The notes beneath the pieces are model-generated. The model had not been told where the DNA came from. It searched no databases and saw only the letters and a list, made by a program, of their open reading frames with translations. A stretch of 64,000 bases of DNA from the human T2T-CHM13v2.0 reference genome, Homo sapiens. Of the stretch, positions 17,801-39,638 are shown piece after piece. Made by a program: the position numbers and the translations under genes. The number at the start of each line of letters is the position of its first letter. Within the stretch, counting starts at the first letter, position 1. The stretch is taken from assembly GCF_009914755.1 (NCBI RefSeq), contig NC_060947.1. The stretch is one strand, 5' to 3'.

Positions 17801-20716
17801 AAAAGGAAATTATGTAGCCCAGAAAGGAATGAGATAATATACACAAAGTGTTGAAAAAAAAAACAAAAAATCTTCCAACCAAGAATACTATATCTTGCAA
17901 TATAGTCCTTCAAAAACGAAGGAGAAATAAAGACTTTCTCACACAAATAAAAGCTGAGAAATTTCATCAGTACCAGATCTTCCTTACAAGAATGCTAAAG
18001 AGAGTTATTCAAGTTGAAACAAAAGGATGCTAAACATAAACATGATAGCATAAGAAAGTATGAAACTCATTGATAAATGTAAATATATAGAGAAATATAG
18101 AAAATTATATTACTGTAATGATGGTGGGTTAACCACTTTTAATTCCAGTATGAGTTGAAAGATTAAAATATTAAAAATAATGATGACTAAAATATATTTA
18201 AATGTACACAATGTGAATAGGTGAAAATCTTGACAATAAGACAATAAAATATATGGAGTGGAAAAGTTACGATGTAGCATATATGTATGCAGTTGAAGTT
18301 GTTATCAGCTTAAAATAGGCTGTTATAAAATTTTTTATATAAATTCCAAGGTAATGACAACCACAAAAATACCTGTACAGGAAACACAAAAGAAAAAGAG
18401 AAAGGAATCAAATCATAGCAATACAAAATATAAAACAAACAAAAAGGAGCACAACAAGAGAAGAAAAGACAGACAAAAGAACTACAGGACTAACACAAAA
18501 CAATTAACAAAGTGGCAATTGTAAATTCTTCTTTATCAATAATTACCTTAAATGCAAATGAACTAAACTCTCCAATGAAAAGACATACAGTAACTGAACA
18601 TATTAAAAAAGAAAAGAGCAAACTACATGCTGTCTAAAAGAAACTTGCTTTAGATTTAAAGACACAAGAGGCTGAAAGTAATGGCATGGAAAAAAATCTC
18701 ATGCAAATGGTAAACAAAAGAGAGAAGGGGTGGCAATTCTCATATCAGACAAATAATAATTTAAGTCAAAAATTGTCACAAGTGACAAAGAAGAGCATCA
18801 TATAATGATAAAAAGACTAATCCGCCAGAAAGTTATAATTGTTACAAATATATATGCACCCAACATCAGTTCACTTAATTTCATAAAGCAAACATTGACA
18901 GGCTGAAGGAAGAAATAGACAGCAATACAACAATAGTAGGAAACTTCAATATCCCACTTTCATTAATGGGTAAAACACGAAGATAGAAGATCAATAGGGA
19001 AAGAAAGGACTTAAATAACACCATAGACCAAATGGACCTAAGAGACATATATGGAATATTCCACCCAACAATAGTAGAATACACATTTTTTAAGTGCGTA
19101 TGGAAGAATATCGAAGATAGACTACATGTTAGGTCAAAAACATTTCTTAGCAAATTTAAGATTGAAATCCTACCAGATAAGTTTTCTGATGGTAGTGAAA
19201 TAAAACTAGAAATCAATAGCAGAAGGAAAACTGAAAATTTTCAAATAAGTGGAAATTAAACAATACTCTTTTGGAACAGCCATTGGGTCAAAGAAATCAA
19301 AAAGGAAATGAGAAGATATCACAAGTCAAATGAAAAGGAGAACAAAACATATCCAAACTAATGGAATGCAGCAAAAGCAGTACTGAGAGAGCAGTTTATA
19401 GGAAGAAATGCTTACATTAGAAAAGAAAAAATATCTCAAGTAAACAACCTGTCTTTCAACTCAAAGAGCTAGAAAAAAAAAGAACAAACTATGCCCAAAG
19501 TTAGGAGAAGGAAAGAAATAACAATAATTGGAGCAGAAATAAACAAACTGGAAAATAGAAAAAATCAACAAAACTAAAATTTTTTTAAAGATAAGTAAAA
19601 TTGACTAAAAATTATTGAAGACTCAAATAAATAAAATCATAAATGAATGAAGAGACATTACAACAGATATAAAATAAACACAACAGAAATAAAAAGGATC
19701 ATAAGAGACTACTGTGAACAATTATATGCCAGCAAACTGGATAAACTAGAAGAGTTTATTTAATGGATAAATTTAATGGATAAATTCCTACAAATGTACA
19801 ACCTACTAAGACTAAAGCATGAAGAAATAGAAAATCTGAGCAGAACTATAGTTAGTAAGGACTTTGAGTCAGTAATAAAATAACCTCCCAACAAAGAAAA
19901 GCCCAGAACTAGATGGCTTCACTGGTGAATCCTAATAACAATTAAAGAAGAATTAATGCCAATTCTTCTCAAACTCTTCCAAAAAATGAAGAAGAGGGAA
20001 TGCCTAAAACCCATTTTATGGGGCCAGCATTGCCCTGATACAAAGCCAGACATTACCATAAAAGAAAACAACAGGCCAATATCTCTGATGAATATAGATG
20101 CAAAAATCCTCAATAAAATACTACAAAACTGAACCAGACAGCACATTAAAAGGATTATACACCATGTCCAAGTGGGATTTATCCCTGGGATGCAAGGATT
20201 TCTAAATTTTACTTCCCACACAACACCAATGTAGCAAAGATGTTTTAACTGATGAAAATCATTTAATGTGATACGCCCCATTAGCAGAATAAAAGCTAAA
20301 AAATCACATAATTATCTCAATAGATGCACAACAAGCATTTAAGAAAATTGCAAATTAAAACCACACTGAGATACCATCTTACATAAGCCAGAATGACTTT
20401 TATTAAAAAGTTAAAAACCAACACATGTTGGCATGGATGTAGAGAAAAAGGAACACTCATACACTGCTGGTGGGAATGTAAATTAGTTCAACTTCTACAG
20501 AAAACAGTGTGGAGATATCTCAAAGAACTGAAAATAGAACTATCATTTGACCCAGCAATCCCACTTACTGGGTATCCACCCAAAGGAAAATAATTCATTA
20601 TATTAGAAAGACAACCAGAACTTATATGTTTATTGCAGCACTATTTACAATAGTAAAGTCATGAAACCAACCTAAGCCTGCACCAACAATGGAGTGGATC
20701 AAGAAAATGTGGCATA

Positions 20717-22396
<1,680 letters not shown>

Positions 22397-23709
22397 TGTT
22401 AAAAAAGAGAAAATGTGATATAGATACACCATGGAATACTATGCAATCATAAAAAACAATGAAATAATTTCCTTTGCAGCAACATGGATGCAGTGGAGGC
22501 GATTATCCTAAGTGAACTAACACAGAAACAGAAAATCAAATATTGCATATCTCATTTATTAAATGAGAGCTAAACAAAGGGTACACATGGACATAAAGAT
22601 GGAGAAAATAGACTCCGAGGACTTCAAAAAGGGGGAGGCTGAGAGGGGAGTGAGGGTTGAAAAATTACCTGTTAGATATAAGGTCCAATATTTGGGTGAT
22701 GGGTACACTAGAAGCCCAATCCCCACTATTATTCATGTAATACCCATGTAACAAAGAAGTGCATGTATCCTCTGGATCTAAAATAAAATTTAAAAAAATT
22801 AAAAAGAAAATTTAACACATTTTCATGATGAAACCTTTCAGCAAACTAGGAATAGAAGAAAAATACCTCAACGTAATAAAGGTCATAATGAAAAGCCCAC
22901 AACAAACATACTCATGGTGAAAATAGAACTACCATATAATCCAACAATTCCATCTCTGGCTATTTATTCCAAAGAATTGAAATCAGGAACTTGGAGAGAT
23001 ATTTGCACTCCTATGTTCATCACATCATTATTCACAAGCAAGATACGGAAACCACCTAAATGTCCATCAACTGATGAATGAATAAACTGCGGTATGCACA
23101 TATGATGGAATATTATTCAGTGTTAAAAATGGAGGAAATCTTGCCACATATGACAACATGAATGAACTTTGAGGACATTATGCTAAGTAAAAGAAGCCAG
23201 TGATAGAACAAACACTGTGTGATTCTACTTAGAGGACGTATTTAAGATAATCAAAATCATAAAACCAGATAATAGAATGGTGGTGACCAGGGATTGGGAA
23301 AAAGGGGAAATGAGGAGTTGCTATTCAATGGGTATCAAGTGTCAGTTATGCAAGATGAATAAGTTGTAGAGATATGCTATATAACGTCATGCCTATAGTT
23401 AACAATACTGTAAATTTTGTAAACTTAAAATTTGTTGAAAGTAGATCTCATGTTGTGTTCTTACTATAATGAATTTTTTTAGAAAGATATTTCATGCAAA
23501 GACTAACCAAAGGAGAGCAGAGAGAGATGGCTATACAAATATAAGGCAAAATAGACATTAAGGCAATAACTGTTACAAGAGACAAAGAAGGACATTAAAT
23601 AATGATGAAATGGTCAATGCACCAAGAAGTAGAACAATTGTCAACATATTCATTAAATATCAGATCTCCTAAATACATAAAATAAACATTGATAGAATTG
23701 AACGGAGAA

Positions 23710-24125
<416 letters not shown>

Positions 24126-24306
24126 TCAATAAGAAAAATAGAGGACTTGTACACACTATAGGCCAATTAGATATAACAGACATAAAACAGAACACTTACC
24201 CACCAATAGCAGAATACACATATTTCTCAAGTACACATGGAACATTCTCCAGGATAGACCATATGTTAAGCCACAAAACAAGTCTCAATAAATCTAAAAA
24301 TATTGA

Positions 24307-24634
<328 letters not shown>

Positions 24635-24804
24635 CATCTTTTCTAATCTCAATGGAATGAAACCAGAAATCAGCAGCAGAAGGAAAACTGGAAAATTACC
24701 AAACGTGGAAATTGAACAACTCACTTGTAAACAACCAATGGATCAAAGAAGAAATCACCAGGGAAATTAGGAAATATCTTGAGATGAATGAAAATGAAAA
24801 TACA

Positions 24805-25169
<365 letters not shown>

Positions 25170-25478
25170 TTATGGCTGTAATCACTTATACTAAAAAAAA
25201 GAAAGATCTCAAATCAACAATCTAACTTTATAATGTAAGGCTCTAAAAAAATAAAAACAAAATAACCCAAAGCTAGAAGAAGGAAGGAAATAATGGAGCA
25301 GAGAAAAATGAAATAGTAAATAGAAAAATAATCGAGAAAATCAAGAAAATCAAGAGTTGCTTCTTTGAGAAGATTAACAAAATTGACAAATTGTTAGCCA
25401 GATTAACTAAGAAAAAAACAGAGAAGACCCAAATAACTAAAATCAGAAATAAAGAGTGGACGTTAAAACCAATTTTAC

Positions 25479-26606
<1,128 letters not shown>

Positions 26607-27652
26607 AAAAACAATTTTACAGAAATACAAAGGATCTTAAGAGACTACTGTGAATAATTGTAGGTCAACAAATTGGATAACCTAGATGAAAGGGACAAAT
26701 TCCTAGAAAACAAACCTACCAAGACTGAATCATGCAGAAATAGAAAATCTGAACAAATATGTAAGTAGCAAGGACACTGAATCAGCTATCAAAAACCTCT
26801 CAAAAGAAAACCTCAGGACCCTATGGGCTCACTCATGGATTCTACAAAACATTTAAAGAAGAACACAAATACTCTCCTGAAACTCTTCCAAAAGAAAAAA
26901 AAATGAAGAGCAGGGAAAACTTCCAAATTCATTTAATGAGACCAGCATTATCTTGATACCAAAGCCAGACAAAGGCACTACAAGAAAACTATAGACCGAT
27001 ATCTCTGATAAATAGTGATTCAAAAATATTCAACAAAATACTAGCAAACAGAGTTCAACAGCACATTAAGAGAATTATACATCATGACAAGTGGATTTAT
27101 TACTGAAATGCAAGATTGGTTCAACATATGAAAATCAATCAATGTAGTAAACCACATTAACAGAATAATGGAAAAAGCCCACATTACCACTTCAACTAAT
27201 GCAGAAAAACATTTGACAAAATTTAACAGTCACTTATGATAAAAACACTTTATAAACTAGGAATGAATAGCAGGAAAATACCTCAAGATAATAAAGGCCA
27301 TATATGAAAAACCCACAGCTAACATCATACTTAACAGTGGAAGAATTAAAACATTTCCTGTAAGATGAGAAACAAATAAGGATATCCACTATCATCACTT
27401 CTATTCAACATTGTATTGGAAGTTCTAGCCAGAGTAATTAGAAAAGAAAAAGAAATAAGAGGCATCTAAATTAGAAAGGAAGAAATAGTTATGTCTGTTC
27501 ACAAATGATATATCTTATATGTGGACAACCATAAAGATTACACACACAGACACACACAGATAGACACACACACACCTGTTAGAACTAAAAAATAAATTTA
27601 GTGAAGTTGCAGAATACAAAATCAACACACAAAAATCAGTTTCATTTCTCTA

Positions 27653-28025
<373 letters not shown>

Positions 28026-28291
28026 CTACAAAGTGTTGCTGAAGAAAACTGAACTGAACTGTGTTCATGGATTGGAAAATAATATTGTTAAAATGTCAGT
28101 AGTACACAAAGTGATCTACAGATTTATTGCAATTAGTATCAAAGTCACAATAGTATTTTTTGCAGAAATAGAAAAATGTATCCTGAAATTAATATTTCAA
28201 GGGGCCCCAAATACCCAAAACAATCTTTTAAAAAAGAACAAAGTTGTATTTTTCCCACTTCCTGATTTCAAAGCAAAGCATATTACATAGC

Positions 28292-28684
<393 letters not shown>

Positions 28685-30651
28685 TTATTTTAATTTGCAA
28701 TTACCACTACATACCTATTATAAGGGCTAAAATCCAAAACACTGACAACACCAATTGCTGCTGGGGATGTGAAGCAACAGGAACTCTCATTCATTGCTGG
28801 TGGTAATGCAAAATGTTACAACCACTTTGAAATACACTTTGGCAGTTTCTTATGAAACTAAACATAGTCTTATCATATGATGCTATAATCACACCCTTTG
28901 GTATTTACCCTAATGAGTTCTAAACTTCCATCCATACAAAAACCCTCACATGAGATTTTTTATAGCAGCTTTATTCATAATTGCCAAAACTTGGATGCAA
29001 GCAAGATGTCCTTCAATAGTGATAAACAAGCTGTTGGTACATCCATACAATGGAATACTATTCAATACTAAAAAGAAATGAGCTATCAAGTCATAAAAAA
29101 GTAGGATGAATCTTAAGTTCAGATTGCTAAATGAAGGAAGCCAATCTGAGAAGGCCACATACTGGGATTCCAACTATATGACATTCTAGAAAGGGCAAAA
29201 CTATGAAGACAGTAACAAGGTTAGAGGTTCAGAGAGATTCAGAAGTGGTAGTAGGGAGAGAGTAGGTGAAACACAGGTGATTTTTAGGGTTTGATACTGT
29301 AATGGTGGACACATTCATTACACATTACATTTGTCATAACCCATAGAAGGTACAACACAGAATCAACCCTAATGTAAATTATGTATTTTAATTAATAATA
29401 ATATATCCATATTGATTCGTCAATTCTAACAAATATACCACACTAATTCAAGATGTTAATAATACAAAAAATAAGCAGAGTGAGGTGGTATATGGGAACT
29501 CTCTATACTTTCCACTCAATTTTTCTTTTGTTTTTATTTCCAACTTTTATTTTAAGTTCAGGGGTACATGTGTACATGTGCAGGATGTGCAGGTTTGTTA
29601 CATAGGTAAACGTGTGTCATGGTGGTTTGCTGCACAGATCATCCCATCACCTAAGTATTAAGCCCAGCATCCATTAGCTATTCTTCCTTATGCTCTCCTT
29701 CCTCTCACTTCCCACCCTCTGACAGCCCCCAGTGTGTTTTGCTCCCCACCATGTATCCATGTGATTTCATCATTCAGCTCCCACTTGTTTGTGTCCTTTC
29801 TGATTTCCTTAAGCAGTGGTATGTAGTTCTCCTTATAGAGGTCCTTCATTTCCCTTGTTAGCTGTATTCCTAGGTATTTTATTCTTTTTGTAACAATTGT
29901 GAATGGGAGTTCATTCATGATTTGGCTCTCTGCTTGCCTGTTGGTGTATAGAAATGCTAGCAATTTTTGCACATTGATTTTTGTATCCTGAGACTTTGCC
30001 AAAGTTGCTTATCAACTTAAGAAACTTTGGGGCTGAGACAATGGGGTTTTCTAGATATGGGATCATGTTACTTGCAAACACAGATAGTTTGACTTCCTCT
30101 CTTCCTATTTGAATACCTTTATTTCTTTCTCTTGCCTCATTGCCCTGGCCAGAACTTCCAATACTGTTTTGAATAGGAGCCCAGTTCTGAGCCCTTGCTG
30201 GAGAGGTGTTTCAGTCATTTGGAGGAAAAAGGGCACTCTGGCCTTTTGAGTTTTCAGCGTTTTTGCATTGATTCTTTCTCATCTTTGTGGGCTTATCTAC
30301 CTTCAGTCTTTGAGGTTGCTGACCTTTTGATGGGGTTTTTGTGTTTGTTGTTGTTGTTTTCTGTTTGTTTTTCTTTTTAGAGTCTTCCCACTCTTCCACA
30401 GGGCTGCTGTGGTTTGCTGGGGCTCCACTCCAGACCCTAGTTGCCTTGGTTTTTCCTGTACCTGGAGGTATCACTGGTGAAACAGCAAAGATGGCACCCT
30501 GCCCCTTCCTCTGAAAGCTCTGTCCCAGGAGTGTACTGGCCTATTGCCAGCCCGAACACACCTGTAGGAGATGGCAGGAGACCCCAGTTGGGAGGTCTCA
30601 TCCAGTCAGGAGGAACAGGATCAGGGGCTTGCTTGAAGAAGCAGTCTGGCT

Positions 30652-31470
<819 letters not shown>

Positions 31471-32043
31471 TCAGTAAGGAGGAATGGATGGGGCCCTGCT
31501 TAAAGAGGAAGCCTGGCCACAATCTGGCAAGGCTGCTGTGCCGCGCTGCTGGGGGTACCCTTCCTCCTCTGGACCATTTGGACTCTCCAAAGCCTGCAGG
31601 CTGGAATGGCTGAGTCATTCAACCAACACAGGTGGCGGCCTTCCCCTCCCTCAGGCACTCTGTCCCAGGGAGAGATCAGAGTTCTGTCCCTAATATGTGC
31701 GGGGGATGTGGCTGGAGGGCCTGGCTGGGAGGTCCCACCCAGTGAAGAAGAATGGATCCTGTGCCACATTAAGAAGCAGTCTGGCCACGATCTGGCAAAG
31801 CTGCTGTGGTGCTCTGTTTTGGGGACTCTTCCTTGTCTGGGCCGTTTGGACTTTCCAAAGCCCACAGGCTGGAACAGCTGAGTCGACCAAACAACAGAGA
31901 TGACGCCTGCCCATCCTCAAGGTGGCTCAGTCTGGTCTCAGGTAGGCTTCACCCTGTTGCCAGTAGCTGGCTGGAATTCCAAGCCAGTGAGTCTTATCTT
32001 GTGAGGTGCAGTGGAAATGGGGCCTCCAGAAAGACGCCACTCA

Positions 32044-32568
<525 letters not shown>

Positions 32569-33560
32569 TCACAAGGGGATCTTCTGATCCACAAGTTGCA
32601 AAGATCCATGGAAGAAGCACGGTTTCCAGGGTCACACAATCACTCACCGCTTTCCTTGGCCTGGTGTGGGGGTGTTGCTCCCGGGTGGGCTGTCGCCCCA
32701 CCCTGCTTTTCTTCGTTCTCCGTGGGTCCAGTTATTTCCCTAATCAGTCTCAATGGGAGAACCTGGGTATTTCAGTTGAAGGTGCTGTATTCACTCGCCC
32801 CTTTTGTTCCTCCCACTTAATTTTTCTGTAAACATAAAACTGTTCAAAAAGTAAAGCCTATTAATTTAAAAACTATTCTAGTAGTGATATCATTTAAGGT
32901 TTTGCAAAATGTTATTGAGAAAACTGGGTACAGTATATTATTTCTTACAACTGGCTATGAATGTGAATCTACAATTATCTCAATAAATTTTTTAAAAACC
33001 TCCACAAAGACATGGAAAATATGAGAAAAAAAGAGAGGAAAAACACAATTATACAGTTTAATTATACATAAATGTATATAATTAAACATTAATTATATAC
33101 ACTAAATGTATATAATTATACATTAATGGAGTTCTAGAAAAGAGAACAGGGTAAATAAAAGGAAGGAAATTATCAAACAAATAAAACAATGATTTCAGAG
33201 TAGAGACATGAATTTCAGATAAAAAAAGTCCACTCACAAGTGCTCAGCAAAACAGATAATGGAAAAAACATCCAAGTTCTGGGTAGGTCACTGTGACATT
33301 TCAAAACATTAGGTATCAAGAAAAATTTTAAGCTTTCAGAAGTGGGGAAAACAAGTTGCCAAGAAAGGAATGACAATAACAATAATATTAACATCTGAGT
33401 TCTAATCAACAATGATGACAATGCACACTGAAAGCATTATCTTCAAAATTCAGATGAAAGAATATTTTAAACATAGAATTCTAAAGCTAAACTGTCCTTA
33501 TGAAGGTAAAATAACTACATTTTCAGACATGCAAAGAACCCCAAATTTACCTTTCTGTAA

Positions 33561-33681
33561 GCTTAGTGTTCCATTTTTGGAACACTAAGCATGTAAGAAT
33601 TATTTATATCGTACTGCTCAAGCTCATTGCCAAGGTCTGATGGCAAAAATTCAAAAAAATGCAACCTCAGACATAAATGGG
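33561..33681 (+). mobile_element. MER85 piggyBac (PGBD3-family) MITE lacking most of its 5' TIR
   Basis: Matches the MER85 consensus as recalled: tagtgttcca..tggaac.ctaagcatg...tactgctcaag.tcattgccaaggtctgat.gcaaaaattcaaaaaa.tgcaacctcag.cataaatggg, followed by ctaa (degenerate TTAA). Confidence 0.9.
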
Positions 33682-34114
33682 CTAAGAAGTTACTTTATCA
33701 CAGGTATGTATGTACAGGAAAAAGAAGAGAAGTTACTTAAGGATGTTCTCCAACAAAGTGCATGATGTATCAGTCATGGTTCTTGGATTCAAGTAACCGA
33801 AGCAGACTCTAGTTAACTTACGCAGAAAAGGGATTTTTTATGAAGTTATCAGTTAGCTCACAGAAGTCTGGAGAATCAGGCTGAAAACACAGAGTGGGAG
33901 CCAGGAAGGTAGGCAGGAGGAACCACAGCTAAGGGCCTACCATGGAAACAGCCTGGTTTAGAAGGCTACTGCTGGTACTAGTACCCCTACTGCTCCTACC
34001 AGTGAACCTTAGCCTACCAGCACATGGCACTGCAAAGGAGCGCTAATTGTCCTGACATCTGGTGTTTTGGTTTATTTGTTGTGGACTTCAGAGTTGAGTT
34101 AATCATAATCTGCA

Positions 34115-34445
<331 letters not shown>

Positions 34446-34559
34446 TCACTGAAGGCTGCTCTTTTACCTTATTTGTTTTATTATTCTTCTTCCCCATCAG
34501 TCCGTATCCTCACTCTCATTCTCCTGCCCGACTTAATTACACTTAGCCTCTTAGTGTAA

Positions 34560-35340
34560 TTCATATATGTATGCTTTCAACCCACCTTTCATATGTTTAT
34601 TTGTGTGTATATCCATGAAAATACACAGTGTTGTTTTACATTTTCATAAAGAGAATTATGCTATAAGTCTCTGTTTCTTACTTTTTTCACTCAGTACTGG
34701 GTTTTGGAGACCTATCCATGTGGCTCTATGTAAATCTAGCTTATTACTTTTAATTGTTTTGTAATTTTCTGTTCTATGAATATACAACAGTTTGCTTACC
34801 CCATCCCATGGTGATGAACACCTGGATTGCTTCCAATTCCTCACTACCACAAACAGTGCTGCAATGAACAACCTCAACTACATTTCCTTAGGACTTGTGT
34901 GAGAATTTCTGTGGAATATATGCCCAGAAGCAGGATTGCTGGGTTATAGGGTATACACATACTTAATTTCATGGTTTGGTACGGCCAAACTCTCTCTGGA
35001 ATACCCGTACCAGTTTACATCCCAAATCATGTTTGTCCTTTTCCTCACATCCTCATCAGCCCTTGATAATATCTGACTTTCTATCTGTTACCATTGCTAT
35101 AGTGACTTCTCACCGTTATTTTAATTTTCATTTCTCAAATCATTAGTAGGGATAAAAATCTCTTAATATATTCAAATTTCCCCTTGTGTAAACTCAAGTT
35201 TCCCCTTCTGTAACTTATTCTTCATATCCTATGCCCATTTTCCTATTGCATTTACTATCTTCTTTTTCTATTTATTGTTCTTTTGTCAGGTTTGCCTATC
35301 ACAAACATATTCTCCTAATCTATCATCCTTGTGTTAGTTT
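34560..35340 (-). mobile_element. Old L1 (L1ME-like) 3' fragment
   Basis: Minus ORF RLFIAALFVVVRNWKQSRC is like the ORF2 C-terminus. Confidence 0.7.
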
Positions 35341-35689
35341 TGTAATATTTCTGGCTTATTTGTGTTGCTGGCTCCAGATTCAAAGCCGTGAAAAGATTAG
35401 TCAGTCCTTGTTGCCTCGTGGTCAGGGAAAGGAAATATCTGACCACCATCAGTTTCCATAGTAGGAAGTGGGATCCCACCTCTCACCAAGACTCTAGAGG
35501 GAAATTCCCCAAAACAGGATGAAATGTTGTTCGGGAGCACTAGAGTTCATTCCTTTGGTTGTCTAATATCCACATATACTCTTCCTCCCATACTTACACT
35601 TTGAAAAAAATGTTTCCACTGAATACAGTGCAAATATACCTCATATAAACCAAACATGCACCCATCCCCTTTCCAGAGTGAGAAAACCA

Positions 35690-36190
35690 AAAACATAAAT
35701 TAGAATGCTTTCAGGGGCAAGCAATAGAAAACCCAACTCAAACTGTCTTGAATAGTAAATGCAATTCATTGGCTGACTTAACTGAAGAGTCCACAGGCAG
35801 GGAGATTTCAGGCATGGCATGATCTGGAATATGGTTCCATTTCTGTGATTCTCTTGGCTCTGCCTCCTCCATTTTTCAGCTCCATCCTCAGGTAGGCCTT
35901 CCACATGTTCACAAGATGGCTAACAGCAGCAACCAGGCTACATGCTTCTTTGTTCTTATCCAAGGGAAGATAGGTCATCTCCTCCCTCAAAAGCTGAATA
36001 AAAGTCCTAAGCCTCATTGTGATTGGGTCATCCCTGAACCAGTCATCACTGTGGCTAGGAGGGTGAAATTACTCAGATCAGTTTATACCAATAAAGGCCT
36101 ACACCTAGAGCTGGTGGTGGGGTCAATCCCACTCACATCCCATAGTGCGGGAGGAGTGGAATGGATGCTGCAGAAAAACTACAATGTCCA
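35690..36190. mobile_element. Old MaLR LTR (MLT1J/K-like)
   Basis: gcaagcaatagaaaacccaactcaaact...cacaagatggctaacagcagc...tgattgggtcatccctgaaccagtcatcactgtggc. Confidence 0.65.
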
Positions 36191-36243
36191 CAAGGGAGTA
36201 AACTAAGAAAGAGGAAGATATGGGGTCCAAGAAAGATTGGGTT

Positions 36244-36641
36244 TGTATTAGGCCATTCTTGCATTGCTACCAAGAACTACCTGCGACTAGGTAATTCATA
36301 CAGAAAAGAGGTTTAGTTGGCTCATGGTTCTGCAGGTTTTACAGAAAGCATGGTGCTGGCATCTGGTTGGCTTTTAGAGAGGCCTAAGGTAGCTTACAAT
36401 TATGGCAGAAGGCAAAGGGGAAGCAGGCATGTCACATGGTGAAAGCAGGAGCAAAAGAGAGTTGGGGTGTGGGGTGCCACATACTTTTAATGGACCGGTT
36501 TTCCCAGTAACTCACTCACTACTGCAAAGACAGTACTGAACCATGAGAGATCGGCCTCCATGACTGAAACATCTCCCACCAGGCCCCACCTCCAGCATTC
36601 AACATGACATTTGGGTGAAGACAAATATCCAAACTATATCA
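36244..36641 (-). mobile_element. MaLR solo LTR, MSTA/B type
   Basis: tgtattaggccattcttgcattgct...atccaaactatatca. Confidence 0.85.
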
Positions 36642-36903
36642 GAGTCCAACCTAGAAGAATAATGAAGAGACGTCCCAGGATGACAGCTGCACCGCAGGCC
36701 TACAGAGCAATCAGTCCAAATTGGAACAGGAAGATGGAGGACTCCAGGAAGAAGGTATCTGGGAAAAAGGGGGATTCAAATTATTTTATACTTTCCTTGA
36801 GAATTTGGAATAACTTTAGGTGACAAAGTCAGACAATGCAAGGAAGAAAAGAAAGACAATTAGAAACTCCAGGGGAAAAAAACTGTACAAGAAAAGAAAT
36901 ATA

Positions 36904-37210
36904 GGCCAGGCATGGTGGCCCACATCTGTAATTCCAGCATTTTGGTAAGCTGAGGCAGGTAGATAACTTGAGCCCAGAAGTTTGAGACCAACCTGGGCAA
37001 TATGGAGAAACCCTGTCTCTACAAAACTACAAAAAAAATTAGCTGGGCATGGTGACACACCCTGGTAGTCCCAGCTACTCGGGAGGCTGAGGAAGGAGGA
37101 TCTCACCTGAGCCCCAGGGATTGAGGTTGCAGTGAGCTGTGATCGTGCAGCCGACTGCACGCCAGCCTGGGGGACAGAGCAAGACCTTGTCTCAAAAAAA
37201 AAAAAAAAAG
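36904..37210 (+). mobile_element. AluJ
   Basis: ttgagcccag, ctgggcaatatg and ggaggatc diagnostics. Confidence 0.9.
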
Positions 37211-37448
37211 GAAAAAAATAAATAATCATGCTATGCTAATTGGATCTTTCTGGAACAGTATTTATATCATCACAATAGTGTAAACACTTATCAACCCCAG
37301 ATTATGCAGCTATTTTAACAGTTTCATTTTTGCTATTCATGTGAAACCGCTGCCTGGAATTTTCTATTCTCCTGTAACCATCCTATATTATTCCTGTCTC
37401 AGGATGACATAATTATGGTTATAAACAGGATATAATTTATTAACCTTC

Positions 37449-37748
<300 letters not shown>

Positions 37749-38159
37749 TATTAACCTTGTTAATATAAAAGTAAAAGTACAGATGGCAGAAGTTAAGATA
37801 TAGAAAGGAGAATATAAGTCTATTAGTTAAAGGCACAAAGGTAAGGAATAGAGAATATGTAATTAGTGACATGGCTATATTGGGGAAATGAGAAGAGGGC
37901 ATTTGGGTGGTATAAATAACGGGAAGTCAGTAGATAATGACTAAAATTGATAAATAAGTTAATAAATAGAAAAATCTGTATATATTTAGAGATATTAAGA
38001 TAATTACCATAAAAAAAAACAATAAAACAAACAGTTAAAGACTAGTAGATTTCCAGGTCAAGAAGACAGATTTACCACGTGTTTATCTCCACTTTCTCCT
38101 GAGACCCTGCTAAAAATGATCATAAATAAATTTTATGTTTATTTACTTATTTTTTATAT

Positions 38160-38443
38160 TTTTGAGACGGAGTCTTGTTCTGTCTCCCAGACTGGAGTGC
38201 AGTGGCGCGATCTCAGCTTGCTGTAACCTCCGCTTCCCGGTTCAAGTGATTCTCCTGCCCCAGCCTCCCGAGTAGCTGGGATTACAGGTGTGAGCCTCCA
38301 CACCCGGCTAATTTTTGTATTTTTAGTAGAGATGGGGTTTCACCATGTTGGCCAGGCTGGTCTCGAACTCCTGACCTCAGGTGATCTGCCTACCTCGGCC
38401 TCCCAAAGTGCTGGGATTACAGGCATAAGCCACCGCACCCAGC
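38160..38443 (-). mobile_element. AluS
   Basis: Antisense Alu, TSD cataaataaatttt. Confidence 0.95.
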
Positions 38444-39316
38444 CATAAATAAATTTTTAAAAAGGTAAAAAAACACAATGATGAATACAATGGGAGCAGG
38501 TTCATCAGCAGAAGAGAGATTTCATCTGATTTGTGGATGATAGGATGTAAATGGAGGAATGGTGACTGATGGAGCATGGTGGAGGAAGCCACAGCCTGGG
38601 GTACGCATGGAGGTGATGCTTCAGAGGAAGGAGTTGCTCTTTCTCTGCAGGAGCCTGGAGCGTCTTGGTCTTGACAATGCCAGGTATGATGAAGGGTGGG
38701 AGTGAGATGTGGGGCTGAATACAGGGATTTTAATTGAAAGTCTATATATAAAACTGTCAACTCATCCCTTTGTGTACAATTTACAGCAGCCAGGTGTCTA
38801 CCTATTAGGCAAAAAATGTAGAGTTCTTCTCTAATGAAACTGAACAACCTTAGAGAAAAGACCATGGCATTTGGCATTCGGAGAGTCTGCAGTATAATAG
38901 TCAGATCCTTAATTATAATTAAAAAAAAGACACCGGTTGCCTAGCCCTGTCCCCATGCACAGAGCTTCCAATGAGATTTTTATTGCTGCATTCTTAAATA
39001 TCAGCCAACAACCACTGATCAGCAAGCATTTGAGAAAAGACTGCAACATCAAAGACAGAGACCAAAATAAGCAAACAGGAAAGAATAATCCCAAAAGGTT
39101 TCAACTACATGACATTCTGGAAAAGGTAAAACTATGGAGACAGTAAAAAGATCTGCTCCCCAGGCCCTTGCAGTCTGGGCTTATGATGGGAGAGGCCGCC
39201 TCAAGGAGCCCTGAAATGCCTTTAGGGTCATTATTCCATTGTGTTGATGAATAACACCTGATTTCCATTGTGATGGGGCCAGCCATACTAATTTCCTTAT
39301 CTAACAGTAAATTGGG

Positions 39317-39638
<322 letters not shown>

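Noticed and set aside
33045-33130. AT-rich quasi-palindromes (taattatataca-ctaaa-tgtatataatta)
   Set aside because: Low-complexity AT sequence gives such symmetry readily
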